A stretch of 64,000 nucleotides of DNA from Saccostrea echinata (Eukaryota). Each line of letters opens with the position of its first letter. Position 1 is the first letter of the stretch. Positions 11,127 to 23,495 of the stretch are shown in pieces. The position numbers and the translations under genes were made by a program. The notes under the pieces are model-generated. The model had not been told where the DNA came from. It was given only the letters and a program-made list of their open reading frames with translations, and searched no databases. The stretch is from positions 2,976,001 through 3,040,000 of the forward strand of contig NW_026889767.1 of NCBI RefSeq assembly GCF_033153115.1, in the 5' to 3' direction.

Positions 11127-14007
11127 TTATTTCTTTTTGCCCAGACAGCAAAGAAAACAGTGACTACAACCTTTCCTTGTACAGTGATTGAAAAGGTGTT
11201 CTTTACGAAGCTGTGGATACATCTTTACATATTCATTCAATTCCACTTCTCCGTCATCTAAAGGGGGAATTAAAAGTCAAATCACATATTCATAAAAGAA
11301 TTTTGAAGAAAAAATTAACTTCTGAAAAAAAATATATATAATCTGAAAAAAATATATAATAATCTTTTAAAAGCCTAATAATTACTACTGTATTAAGCTA
11401 GAAAAGTACTGACATTCCCTTTTATTGCTGACAAAGACAATTAAGGATATGTCTTCACTACGAAACTAAAACACATACTGACGTTTCTACAGGCAAGACC
11501 ATCTTTAAAAATATCTTGTATACAGACCAACTTGCTAAAAATGATAACAATTAAGATTTATTTTTAATCTGTAGTAAACCATAGTTTTATTCATTCCAGA
11601 TTTTTTTTAATTCCGTCAACAAATATTCTAATTATATAAATGCCTTCAATTTTAACAGCTTTTCAAAAACTCTGCATTGATGTTGAAAATTTCTGGTAAA
11701 AAATTTCCCACCTACCTCTTGACTAATTTCTCTACCCTGAGTCGGGAGAGGCAATCAAACATTATTTAGGAATTTGCCCATTGTTGATAAATTTAGAAAA
11801 GTGCTGACAATTCTTGTTGGTGCTGATAAACTTTAAATATAAATAAGTACTGTCTTTATTCCTCCCTTTCGGGGAGAGTGCAGAGGTGTAATTGTTTAAT
11901 GAAAGGGAAGTTGAATTTAATTTAGAAATATAATTTTTAACAGACCTTCTTGCTCCTATGATCAACCTACAGTGGACGTTTTAGTTGAAGTATTTTGAAG
12001 GGGAAACAAATAAATTATTAAAAACCTTTCAGCAGATTAGCCATCCCTAAATTTCTTTTAGTGATGTTTTAATGAAGAAATAGGGTGATATACAGTAGTA
12101 ATTTCTTACTCTTGATTCTGCGCATGTGAGTTAAGGCTAGGTATAGGCTTTTCTATGCAAATGAACTAATAAAAATGTATAAGAGGTATATTTATTATTC
12201 AGAGAGAGTGTTGATTTATTTTCTTATGCATACTTAGTACCCACGATATGTTTTAGCCAGTACACACTATGACGTCATATTATGACGTCACTGATCTTTC
12301 CTACTGGAGGTAATAAAACACATCAACAAAACAGCTTCGGCGCAAGGGATTACCCTACCTATTTTTACATAAAAATTGTATAATGCTAAGAAGAATATTC
12401 TATAGATTAATAAAACTGCTGCACAAATCCTATGCATTTTCTCATTTGATCAGAATTTGAGAAGACTTATACCGGACTGTACATTTTTACCCTTATTCAT
12501 CTTAAAACTTTACAAATAGAAATTATACAGTTAAGCTGTTGATATTTGTGCTGCAATACCAGCAAACTTTGGAATATTTAGCTTCTAAGTATACCTTGTT
12601 TGAGTTGAATAAAATAGAGCATGCCCTTGCGCCGAAGCATTTTTGTTGATATCTATTATAATCTCGTGTAGTAAAGAACAATGACGTCATAGTATGACGT
12701 CATAATGTGTACTGGCTATCTCATGTCGTGGGCACCAAGTATGTATCAGAAAATAAGTTTGAACTTTCTCTGTATAATAGATATAGTCCTTAGGCATTTT
12801 TATTAGATTATTTGCATAGAAATGCCTATACCTAGCCTTAACTCACCTGCGTGAATTATAATTATAATTTTATTTTCCCCTAATGTAACCCTCATTTTGG
12901 TTATTGATGTAAAAATCAATTAATCAAATCTTTAATGTAATGTTTGTCAAATATTTTGCAAATACCGTAACCCATTTTGTACAAACTGGGTGAAAAATGA
13001 TGATCTGTTTTGAAAATCTCAATGGTTTTAAAAAAGAAAACAAAATTAATATTGTCTGAGATTTAATACACAGTATCGTCAGCATGTATCTTTATTTTTA
13101 AATGAATTATGACTGTTTTACTCAGGTGCAGCACACGTGCTTGTTAAATCAATACCGTCAAGTCAAGTAAGTACTCTTGTTTTATCTATTTATACCACAG
13201 CGACATTTGGCAAGAATATCCTTTAAGTAAAAAAAATTCACCGTTGATTGTGAGGCATATTGACATAAACTTCAAAAATGTCAGTACCTTTCTAACTTAG
13301 TTGTGTGACGTCAAATTATTTCATCAAACGATTTTAGTTCGAAACATAAGCTATTTTGACTCTAAAATCTAGATAGATAAACTACAAATTGCAATCCATT
13401 TAACTCTAGCACAAATTCTTTTTATACATTTAGCTGTGGTTTAAAAAAAATATAAGATAGAAAGAATCAAAAATCAAATCACAAATTCATACGGTTCATG
13501 TCTAGACTTTCAAAAATCATTCCAGCTTCAATGTGTCCTTGGGCAACAAAAAGGAACTCGGTTCTTTGAACTCTACCATCGCTGTTCAGATCATAAACTT
13601 CAAAGGCACAGGGAAGTTTACTTTTACTACTCTGGAAAAAAAAACATTATTAATGAATTCTCTGATTATTTGTTACGCCAATAGCAAAAAAAGACCTTTG
13701 TCTTATATAGTAAGGGAGTATTTTCCAAAAGTGCATTATACCTCTGGTTTGAGTTTTAAAATTTGAAAAAAACACGTTGTCTGATATTTTTCTGGTCACT
13801 TTCATTTTTATTTAATTAACACATTCTTTGTTTACTGTTAAATTAAACTAATATGCGCTACTGTAAATTAATATAAATATATGTATCTTAAAGTGATAAG
13901 ATTCTTTTTAGATTCAAACGATTAAAACAAAATGACGGTACCTTGAGTGGCATTTTTCCAGCCGTTCCATACACAAGAAGAAGCGACAGAAACACTTTCA
14001 GTATCAT
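11127..14007 (-). CDS. Secreted two-EF-hand precursor with C-terminal Cys-rich peptide, copy A (111 aa)
   Basis: Coding exons 14007-13942, 13631-13493 and 11257-11127; all introns GT-AG, phases 0 and 1 compatible. A 5'UTR exon ends at 14104. Translation: MILKVFLSLLLVYGTAGKMPLKSSKSKLPCAFEVYDLNSDGRVQRTEFLFVAQGHIEAGMIFESLDMNHDGEVELNEYVKMYPQLRKEHLFNHCTRKGCSHCFLCCLGKKK*. EF loops are DLNSDGRVQRTE and DMNHDGEVELNE. Confidence 0.9.
12121..12851. mobile_element. MITE with ~228 bp TIRs, inserted in the last intron of copy A
   Basis: 12121-12348 is the imperfect reverse complement of 12624-12851. The element is absent from the paralogous arm, whose empty site near 19360-19377 reads TTGATTCTGAATTA on the minus strand, implying a 2-bp TG duplication. 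Confidence 0.9.
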
Positions 14008-15409
14008 TGTCTTCTGTAATAAAAAGCAGGGACAGACATATGTATTATCAAGAGAAACTGTTTAGTTCTTAAAAGATTTCGGCCAATTCAAGGGTGGCCT
14101 TACCTTGCAATTTAGAGCAGAAATATAGAATTCACTATCAGTACCTGATATTCATAAAGAGCTACATTAGTTTCACATACATTATATATGTTTATTCAGT
14201 AGAGAATTCCATTTTCTGATTGGACTATCTAACGTTCTTGTCAAAATCCTGCAAACTGTTGTATATAAATGATCACTTGACTACAAAATATCTGTAACGA
14301 TTGAGAAATCGTGTCAGAAATACGGAAATCTTTCGAATCTTTTGCCTCTTGACATATATTTGAAGTAGCAGAATGTCAGTTTTATTTTTCAGAATTATTA
14401 AAATTTGCTATTTTGCTACTCTTCAGAGAACATCTGGTTTTCTCTAAGATGAATTATCAGGGGAAAAAACCAACACAGGAATTAAAAGCTATGAATTATG
14501 TTATTTATGTTTCAAACTATATCATTCTTATATATATTAAATTTTATATATTATCCTTCTCATACGCGTGCTGGATAGTATTCATTAAATAAACCCATGC
14601 TTAATCCACGGGTATGCTTTATCATTAGCACTTCCGTTTTTTTTTTTTTTTTTTTTTTACACAATCCCTCGCTTCAATATGTAGATTTATCAAAACTTCT
14701 ATTTGTGAAAATACTGCGTTATCAAATAAATGCTAATGAGCAAAAATGTTCCTTAAAAACATGAATTCAGGCTCATTATACCTCAATGAAAAGTCATATT
14801 TTATAAATGTATTGGTTTGATAAACGAATTGGCTACTGCGATGATGTTATTCCCCCTCCCAAACATTCTCATAGGAAACGTTATGTTAGTTGGTGGAATA
14901 TTTTTTGGTCTGCTTTACCAAAAAATATAATTGTGTATAACAATCATTAATTACGTCGTTCCAGTCTTGAAAAAAAAATTGGAAGATACGTTTAGGCTAA
15001 TATTTAAATCATTATAACAAACAGTTTGATTTCAGACTATTTTTTTTCAATTTGTAAATTATATGCATTACGTGTATGTGTATTTCAACGACCAATTGCA
15101 AGGAGGGTTTTCTTTCATGTATTATAATAAAATATTTTTGTGATGTCACTGAACTTTCCTAATCACGTGAAGGACACATAATTTTTCTCAAATATTATGT
15201 ACAGACATTGTTTCAGAATCAATGAGTAACAAAATAATTATGAACGCTTTTATTACAGAAGTAAACTCAAAGAATTCTACAGCATTTATAAAATGCTCGG
15301 GATATTGAGATCTGGCTTTTTGATCTAAAGTAAAAATTCTATGCTGACTTCGAGTTACCCACACATATTCTCCATTGTAGTAAATCCAAAACTGAGTTGT
15401 GAGATCTGA

Positions 15410-15605
15410 ACTCATTCCATAAGCAAAGACATGGTTTGAATACAAACAGTTTTTGAACTAAGGTATAATACTGACAGAAAAGTGGATGTCAGAGGGTTTT
15501 TCAACAATTGCATTTAAAGAAAGTACATGTATTTTACAAAACCCCGTGGTCTTTATGTTGAGACATTGTTTCCAGATATAACCTATCATTGGATTTTATT
15601 TTTTC
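15410..15605 (+). mobile_element. Decayed Penelope-like retroelement fragment (RT C-terminal part)
   Basis: Same-orientation homolog of 22590-22770. Residual similarity to the ARAC..Y.QFL..G..LT.K...QGFQQ segment. Confidence 0.55.
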
Positions 15606-18037
15606 TAACCTATTTCATACCATATGTTAAACCATTATTTTTCATACAATATTTAACTACAGATTACCCCGTCTACCTAATCAATACAACGGATTCATGG
15701 CAGTCGTGACCTCCACCTAGACACCTGGCATCAGTTGTAAAACTTCGTAGAATTTCTTTCAAAAACCAAATAGCAGGTTTTATGTAATATTCTTTATTAT
15801 ATATTGAACAACAATTGACTATGTTCATTTTGACTGGTTAATTACCTTGAAAGTTGGCCAAATGATTTATTCAAATCGATTTGCCCATATTCAAAATTTA
15901 TAATAATTTTAAGATATGTCACATTTAAAGGCTGATATCAAGTAATCTCATTTAAAGGCTCTAAAAGTAAAAAAAAAAAAAATCATGAATCAATAATATT
16001 TTAATATGACCTTTTTTCTGCTTTCCCCAGCGGAAAGAACAATTAAGCTGATTTGATATTCTCAAGCTTAACAAGATCTTGATCAGTGAAAAAAGTATAT
16101 GTGTAAAACAGATCAACGTTTGTTCAAATAATGACTCTTATGTGTTAAAAGGGTCACAATAGTGGATCAAAATATTACATCTGTGTTATAAGAAAAAGAA
16201 CTAGAAGTGTAAAAAATAAAAATCCAAATCATTTAAGTGATTTTAACATGCATGTATCTTCATGTTGTTAGAGTTAAGTTTTGTTCAAATCATGACAACG
16301 TCGGGGAAAGGTACGGCCACAGTAAGGGATCAAAGAATTACATAAAGTATAAAGGAAGAATGGTGAGGTTCAGGTTATTGGTAAAATGTCACTGTACCAG
16401 CTGCAGTGAATTCTCTGAACTTTCATCATATTGCCATCTGACCCTCATCTTACTGCAAACTGGGGTTGATAAGATAGGGAAAGTGACATAGTTATTATAT
16501 TCCTTTCATATAACATGCAGAATTTTTTAACAGTTTTTTTTTTTTTTAATTTAGTGTCTAGACTTTTGTTACAAGTTTCAGTACGTTGTTAACCAGAGAA
16601 TTTTGCAACATAATATCGTTAATTCTTTCTAATTACTGTAAAACAGCACGTTCAAACAAAGACTAAAAACGAGAATTTAAAATGCTCTCTATACTCACCC
16701 ATAGACAGAGTTAAAATTTATAAATGATATATACAATACACCTGCACAAATGATCCATAAGAAGTGATTGAAGATAATCTGTGTGTATGTATAAGAGAAA
16801 GATGAATCTTACCGGGGGGTTGTATCCAATTTTGGATTTACTACAATGGAGAATATGTGTGGGTAACTCAAAGTCAGCATAAAATTTTTACTTTAGAACA
16901 AAAAGCCAGATCTCAATACCCCGAGCATTCTATAAATGCTGTAGAATTCTTTGAGCTTACTTCTGTAATAAAAGCGTCCATAATTATTTTGTTATACTCA
17001 TTGATTCTGAAGCAATTTCGGTACATAATATTTGAGAAAAATTATGTGTCCTTCATGTGATTTGCATAAGTCACGTGACATCACAAAAATATTTTTTTAT
17101 AATACATGAAAGAAAACCCTCTTTGCAATTGGTTGTTCAATTATACATACATTTAATGTACATAATTTACAAATTGAAAAAAAAACCTAGTCTGAAATCA
17201 AACTGTTATAATGATTAAAATATTAACCTTATGACGGCCTAATCATTTTTCAATTTTTTTTTTTTAGAAAGGAACGGCGTAGTTAATGATTTTTATACAC
17301 AATTATATTTTTTGGTAAAGCAGACTCAAAAAATTTTCCACCAACTAACCTAACGTTTCCTATGAGAATGTTTGGGAGGGGGAATAACATCATCGCAGTA
17401 GCCAATTCGTTTATCAAACCAGTAAATTTATAAAATATGACTTTTCATTGAGGTATAATGAGCCTGAATTCATGTTTTAAGGAACATTTTGCTCATTAGC
17501 ATTTATTTGATAACGCAGAATTTTCACAAATAGAAGTTTTGATAAATCTACATCTTGAAGCGAGGAATTGTGTAAAAAAAAAAAAACGGAAGTGCTCATG
17601 ATAAAGCATACCCGTGGATTAAGCATGAGTTTATTTAATGAATACTATCTAGCACGCGTATGAGATAAATAATATATAAAATTTAATTTATAAGAATGAT
17701 ATAGTTTGAAACATAAAGAACATAATTTATAGGTTTAAATTCCTGTGTTGGTTTTTTCCCCTGATAATTTTTCTAAGAGAAAGCCAGATGTTCCCTGAAC
17801 AGTAGCAAAAATAGCAAGTTTTAATAATTCTGAAAAATAAAACTGACATTCTGCTACTTCAAATATATGTCAAGAGGCAAAAGATTCAGAAGATTTCCGT
17901 ATTTCTGGCACGATTTCTCAATCCTTACAAATATTTTGTAGTCAAGAACTAGTGATCATTTATATACAACAGGTTGCAGGATTTTGACAAGAACGTTAGA
18001 TAGTCCAATCAGAAGATGGAATTCTCTACTGAATAAA

Positions 18038-18090
18038 CATATATAATGTCTGTGAATCTAATGTAGCTCTTTATGAATATCAGGTACTGA
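18038..18090 (+). promoter_or_regulatory. Candidate TATA-type core promoter of EF-hand copy B (mirrored near 14140-14190 for copy A)
   Basis: TATATAA at about 18040, some 85 bp upstream of the 5'UTR donor at 18124, and retained in both arms. Confidence 0.35.
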
Positions 18091-18220
18091 TAGTGAATTC
18101 TATATTTTTGCTCTAAATTGCAAGGTAAGGTTACCCTTGAATTGGCCGAAATCTTTTAAGAAATAAACAGTTTTTCTTAATAATGCATATGTCTGTCCCT
18201 GCTTTTCATTACAGAAGACA

Positions 18221-19745
18221 ATGATACTGAAAGTGTTTCTGTCGCTTCTTCTTGTGTATGGAACGGCTGGAAAAATGCCACTCAAGGTACCGTCATTTTG
18301 TTTTAATCGTTTGAATCTAAAAAGAATCTTATCACTTTAAGATACATATATTTATATTAATTTACAGTATTAGTTTAATTTAACAGTAAACAAAGAATGT
18401 GTTAATTAAATAAAAATGGAAGTGACCAGAAAAATATCAGACAACGTGTTTTTTTCAAATTTTAAAACTCAAACCGGAGGTATAATGAACTATTGGAAAA
18501 ATGCTCCCTTACTGTATAAGACAAAGGTCTTATTTTTGTTATTGGCGTAAAAAAAATATTTAGAGAATTCATTAACTTTTTTTCAGAGTAGTAAAAATAA
18601 ACTTCCATGTGCCTTTGAAGTTTATGATCTGAACAGTGATGGTAGAGTTCAGAGAACCGAGTTCCTTTTTGTTGCCCGAGGACACATTGAAGCTGGAATG
18701 ATTTTTGAAAGTCTAGACATGAACCGTATGAATTTGTGATTTGATTTTGATTCTTTCTATCTTATATTTTTTTAAACCACAGCTAAATGTATAAAAAGAA
18801 TTTGTGCTAGAGTTAAATGGATTGCAATTTGTAGTTTATCTATCTAGATTTTAAGAGTCAAAATAACTTATTTTTCGAATTAAAATCGTTTGATGAAACA
18901 ATTTGACGTTTCACTACTAAGTTAGAAATAACTGACATTTTTTAAGTTTATGTCAATATGCACTATAATAAACAGTGAATTTTTTTTACTTAAAGGATAT
19001 TCTTGCCAAATGTCACTGTTGTATAAATAGATAAAACAAGTGTACTTACTAAACATGATGGTATTGATTTAACATGCACGTGTGTTCCACCTGAGTAAAA
19101 CAGTCATAATTCATTCAAAATTAAATATACATTCTGACGATACTTTATATTAAATCTCAGACAATATATTAAATATTTTTCTTTAAAAACCACTGAGATT
19201 TTCGAAAACAAACATTTTTCCAAAATTTGTACGAAACAAGTTACGATATATTGCAAAATGTTTTTTTTAAAAAAAAAACATTCTATTAAAGATTTAATGA
19301 ATTGATTTATAAATTCATAACCAAAATGAGGGTTACATTAGAGGAAAATAAAATTAAAATAATAATTCAGAATCAATAGGAAGAAGTTACTACTGTAAAT
19401 CACCCTATTTCTTCATTAATCACTAGAAGAAATTTAGGAATGGCTAATCGGCTGAAAAGTTTTGATAATTTACTTGTTTCCCCTTCAAAATATTTCAATA
19501 AAAACATTCTACTGAAAATTGATCATAGAAGCAAGGAGATCTTTTGAAAATTATATTTAGAAATGAACTCAACCTCCATTATGTTAAAAAAAAAAAATAG
19601 TCCTCTGCACAAGAATTGTCAGCACTTTTCTAAATTTATCAACAATGGGCAAATTTTTAAATATATATATATAGTTAGTATATTTGTTGACGGAATGAAA
19701 AATAAATCCGGAATGAATAAAATTATCATTTACTAGATATATAGA

Positions 19746-19789
<44 letters not shown>

Positions 19790-20219
19790 TAATTGGGATC
19801 ATTTTTAGCAAGTTGGTCTGTATACAAGATATTTTTAAAGATGGTCTCGGCAGTAAAAACGTTAATAACTGTTTAGTTTTGATGTGAAGACATATCGGTA
19901 ATTGTCTTTGTCAGTAATAAAAGGGAATGTCAGTACGTTTCTAGCTTAATACATTCGTAATTATTAAAAAAAAAAGTTTTAAAATAATAATGGTATAATT
20001 TTCTCGTAAATGATTTCTTTTTTCAAAATCTAACTGTTTTCAAAATTCTTTTACGCATATGTGATTTGACTTTCAATTTCCCCTTTAGATGACGGAGAAG
20101 TGGAATTGGATGAATATGTAAAGATGTATCCACAGCTTCGTAAAGAACACCTTTTCAATCACTGTACAAGGAAAGGTTGTAGTCACTGTTTTCTTTGCTG
20201 TATTGGCAAAAAGAAATAA
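18221..20219 (+). CDS. Secreted two-EF-hand precursor with C-terminal Cys-rich peptide, copy B (111 aa)
   Basis: Coding exons 18221-18286, 18587-18725 and 20089-20219, all GT-AG. A 5'UTR exon ends at 18124 (AAG|GTAAGG); AATAAA at 20243. Translation: MILKVFLSLLLVYGTAGKMPLKSSKNKLPCAFEVYDLNSDGRVQRTEFLFVARGHIEAGMIFESLDMNHDGEVELDEYVKMYPQLRKEHLFNHCTRKGCSHCFLCCIGKKK*. Confidence 0.9.
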
Positions 20220-22109
20220 TATGCTGCGTTTGTCCTGAAATGAATAAATGCAAACCGATCGTTCATATGTCTTATACTTATTCAAGTAAAAAGATATCAC
20301 GATTTCAGTCAATTTAAGAATATCTTTAATATTTTTATATTGCGTAGGAAGTGTCCTTTTATAGCAAACTGATAAGGAAACAAACTAGTTTAATTAATTT
20401 TTACGCGTTTGAAAAGTAAATAATTTGATGATGGTGTAATGGTATCTTTAAGCTTGAAATCTTAGTTTTTAAGAATGACTTTTTAAAATTATCACAAGTC
20501 CATTAACATGAAAAATAAAATTCTTTTTAATTTGATTAAACTTTAAAAGTTGTCCTTTAAACCCATTGATTTCTCTGTGTATTTATAAAATAAACCATTG
20601 TTTAGAAAAAAAAAGTCTAGACGTCTGCAGATACGGTTACATGTACAAAGTGATATTAAAATGAGCGTACTGGTAGATGCTTTTCACAGTCTGGAATGAA
20701 TACAGATAAGGAAAATATACTTCACAAAAAATACATTACTTCACTATAGTTATTTCAAGTCTACAATAGTACTAAAGTTTGAATTGAAGTAATGTAAAGT
20801 CTTTACTAGGTTAAATAATTAGTATTTTTACTATGATTTCTAAATTATTGTATCTTAAATCCATTTCTTCATTGAAATTAAATTTTAGTCACAAAAATGT
20901 CCATAACCGCAAAAAAGGTATCAAATAAACTCCACAGAAAATAAAAAAATTTATACTTGCTAGAAGAATTTTAATAAACTATGCATAAGTAGTGCAACTA
21001 TTCACTGTAGTAAACTATCAATGTCTACAGTAAATCAAAGTTAACTATAATTAGTTTTTGTTGGGTATTAATCAAAATGGCTTGCCTGATGATTGCAAGC
21101 ACCAGAAAATTGTGTTGTCAAAAAATTAAAAAAAAATGGCAGCGAGAAATAATTTCAGTATTAATATTTGTTTTTTGACCATCAAATTGATGCACATTTT
21201 TTGTTCCTTCTCTTTATGGAAAGGCAACAAGTTGGTGCCGAATAGTTTGCTAAATCCAAAAATCGCTCAAATGATACGACTCATGCCTATACACCATATA
21301 ATGATCTGTCAGGAAATATTCCCAAAATTATAAGTGTTAAATTCAGACACAACAAAAGGATCTAATCTATAAATAATTCTGTTTAGAGATTTTGGTTCCT
21401 AGACAGATATTGTAAACGCATTTCCTTTCCGAAGTAATTAAAGATGATGTGAACATGATGTAACATATTCTCAAAAATAAAAAAAAGTTCAATCCTACAT
21501 ACATGTACATGTGCCATCATATTCCCAATTGAAGTCTACACCTATTTTCTACAAATGTTTCGTAACTACTGCCCCGCTGTAGATATCATGACAGCTGATG
21601 TTAATGCAGTTAAATATGACACCTTGAAAGCACCTGTTTCGAACGCCCTATCTGCTGGGAGCCCTGATCTATCATGTGGCGACATACCATCGGTACAATT
21701 ATAAATTACTTCAAGGATTTTTTCCAGACTATCGGCAAAATGTAAGATAATATTTTGATACATTGTCGAAAAAGATTGTGTTTTAGAAACAAATTACAGA
21801 ATCGTGTAAGAAAATCAAAAAGGTCACATGCGAATATTCTTTTTTTTTTTTATTAGATCGGAAGTGATAAATAAATCAGATAGACTTCAAGAACAATATG
21901 TTAAAATACCAGGTGACAACTGCTTTTACAATATCGTCTTCGACAGCTGTGTTTAAAATGAACTAAGTTTGAATTCTACATTTAGGGAGCCAACTTATAA
22001 TAACAATTGACAACTTTAAGAGTAAATTTTTCAGATTCAGGATTCAAAGTTAATACCTTTAACATTCGGACAGTCAGCGAAGCTGATTCAGATTTTTCTA
22101 ATAAAGTAT

Positions 22110-22770
22110 TCATTTGAAGCAGAATTTATTCGAAACGTTACACATGAGTAGAAGTTCTAAAACTCTAGCGGTGGCCTTCAACTCGACATTTAGATATATC
22201 AATGACGCACATGTATTATCAATTAACAATGGTTACTTTAATTCATATGTCGACTCGATTTATCCCCGTATACTTGAAAATAGGAAACTCATGTTTTGGC
22301 CTTCAACTAGACATTTAGATTAATAAGACGTTTTATCAATTATCAAATGTTACTTTCATTCATATTTCTGCTCGATGTATACTAGAGACCTTAAATTGAA
22401 AGACGCCATGTTCAATCAACCCCATTTTTTTTTTAATTTGAATGATTTACTGATAATGGGCAACTGAAGACTTAACTGTACGACAAACGAGATGATTTCA
22501 GCATTTCCATTATCAACTTTCGATATTGATGTATTAATATTTCATTACACGTACCAGCGATCGAAAAACGGATTTCAATTCTCACAATCACTCCATAAGC
22601 AAAGGACATGGTCTGAGTATGAACAATTTTTTAACCAAAGTATGACACAGACATAAAATTGAATAGAAAGAGGGTTTTCAACAAATGCATTTCAAGTAAG
22701 TCTTATGGAAACTCCGTGATCTTTATATTTACATTGTTTCCCATTAAAGCGTATCATTGGATTTTATTTA
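22110..22770 (+). mobile_element. Degraded Penelope-like retroelement reverse transcriptase fragment
   Basis: Reads EAEFI..LAVAFNSTFRYIND..VLSINN..FNSYVDSIYP (YIDD catalytic motif decayed), with a second partial copy at about 22295-22410, then LYDKRDDFSISIINF. Many stops and frameshifts. Confidence 0.8.
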
Positions 22771-23184
22771 TACATTGATATTCTTATATATTAACCTGCA
22801 TGATTGACACACAGTCCTTTGAAAACCCAAACCGTGAAAAATATCTTTTTCACTAAAAAATATTATTTTGAGAGACATGAAGCTTTTCTCTTGAGTTTTA
22901 TAGAGTTTTTGGAGCCTAGTGTTTCGCTTAATTGAAATTCAATTGCAATTTAACATTATCTCAACTTAGCTTTTGTATCTGTAATTAATAGAAAGACAGA
23001 TAAATTTTTACATATTGTTAGGTTTCATCTTCATTGACAATATACAGAGCTCAACTTGGGGTTATTCTCTGATTAGACAAGGATTAGAGTTAAAATATAT
23101 AACTTAAATCAAATCAATTTTTAGACCTTTCACATTTTCTTCATTCAAGGAATAAGGAGAAATAAAAATTAATATATGGTGGCA

Positions 23185-23495
23185 TATTATTGGCATGCAA
23201 GATAAGTTATGTTAACTTGCAACAAAATTATGTAGTTACGGTATGTCAACATGCAAAATAATTATGTTGCCATGCAAGCACAGTCACCTGATTCGGTAAT
23301 AAATTTTTTAACCCATAGTATAATAATAAAAGTGTTATCATTAAAATATACAATGGGTTAAAAAATTATTACCGAATCAAGTGCAGGTGCTTGCATGCTG
23401 ACATAAATAAGTCGCATGTCTACATGATTATGTTGCATGTTAATATAAATAAGTCGCATGTCAACATAATTCTGTTGCAGCTTGCTTGTACATGT
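23185..23495. mobile_element. Foldback/MITE-like palindromic element with ~14 bp internal repeats
   Basis: CATGCAAGCAC..TGATTCGGTAATAA..TTTTTTAACCCAT mirrors ATGGGTTAAAAAATTATTACCGAATCA..GTGCTTGCATG around a centre near 23335. The arms carry ATAATTATGTTG/CATGCAA repeats. Confidence 0.75.

Larger units (their letters stand above)
9625..15395. repeat. Left arm of large inverted duplication
   Basis: Collinear reverse-complement match to about 16826-21862, e.g. 9661-9780 vs 21710-21830, 11127-11257 vs 20089-20219, 15188-15390 vs 16830-17060. Confidence 0.95.
16826..21862. repeat. Right arm of large inverted duplication
   Basis: Reverse complement of about 9625-15395, lacking the 12121-12851 MITE. 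Confidence 0.95.

Noticed and set aside
11061-11261. Similar ORF pair 11061..11261(+) and 20085..20312(-)
   Set aside because: Antisense shadows of the real last EF-hand exon; the opposite strand has the splice sites and the domain motif.
13533-13766. ORFs 13533(+) and 18100(-)
   Set aside because: Antisense to real EF-hand gene exons.
15188-17060. Similar ORF pair 15188..15445(-) and 16857..17060(+)
   Set aside because: Similar only because they lie in the duplicated arms; starts and ends differ, and no domain or splice support is visible.
20200-20219. C-terminal CC..KKK as a prenylation (CAAX) or KKxx ER-retrieval signal
   Set aside because: Cys is not fourth from the end, and the protein has a signal peptide but no transmembrane segment, so the tail would be luminal.
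9625-21862. Palindrome as one giant transposon (foldback or Polinton)
   Set aside because: The arms hold intron-containing host genes, the spacer has no transposase, integrase or polymerase, and no TSD or terminal motif was seen.
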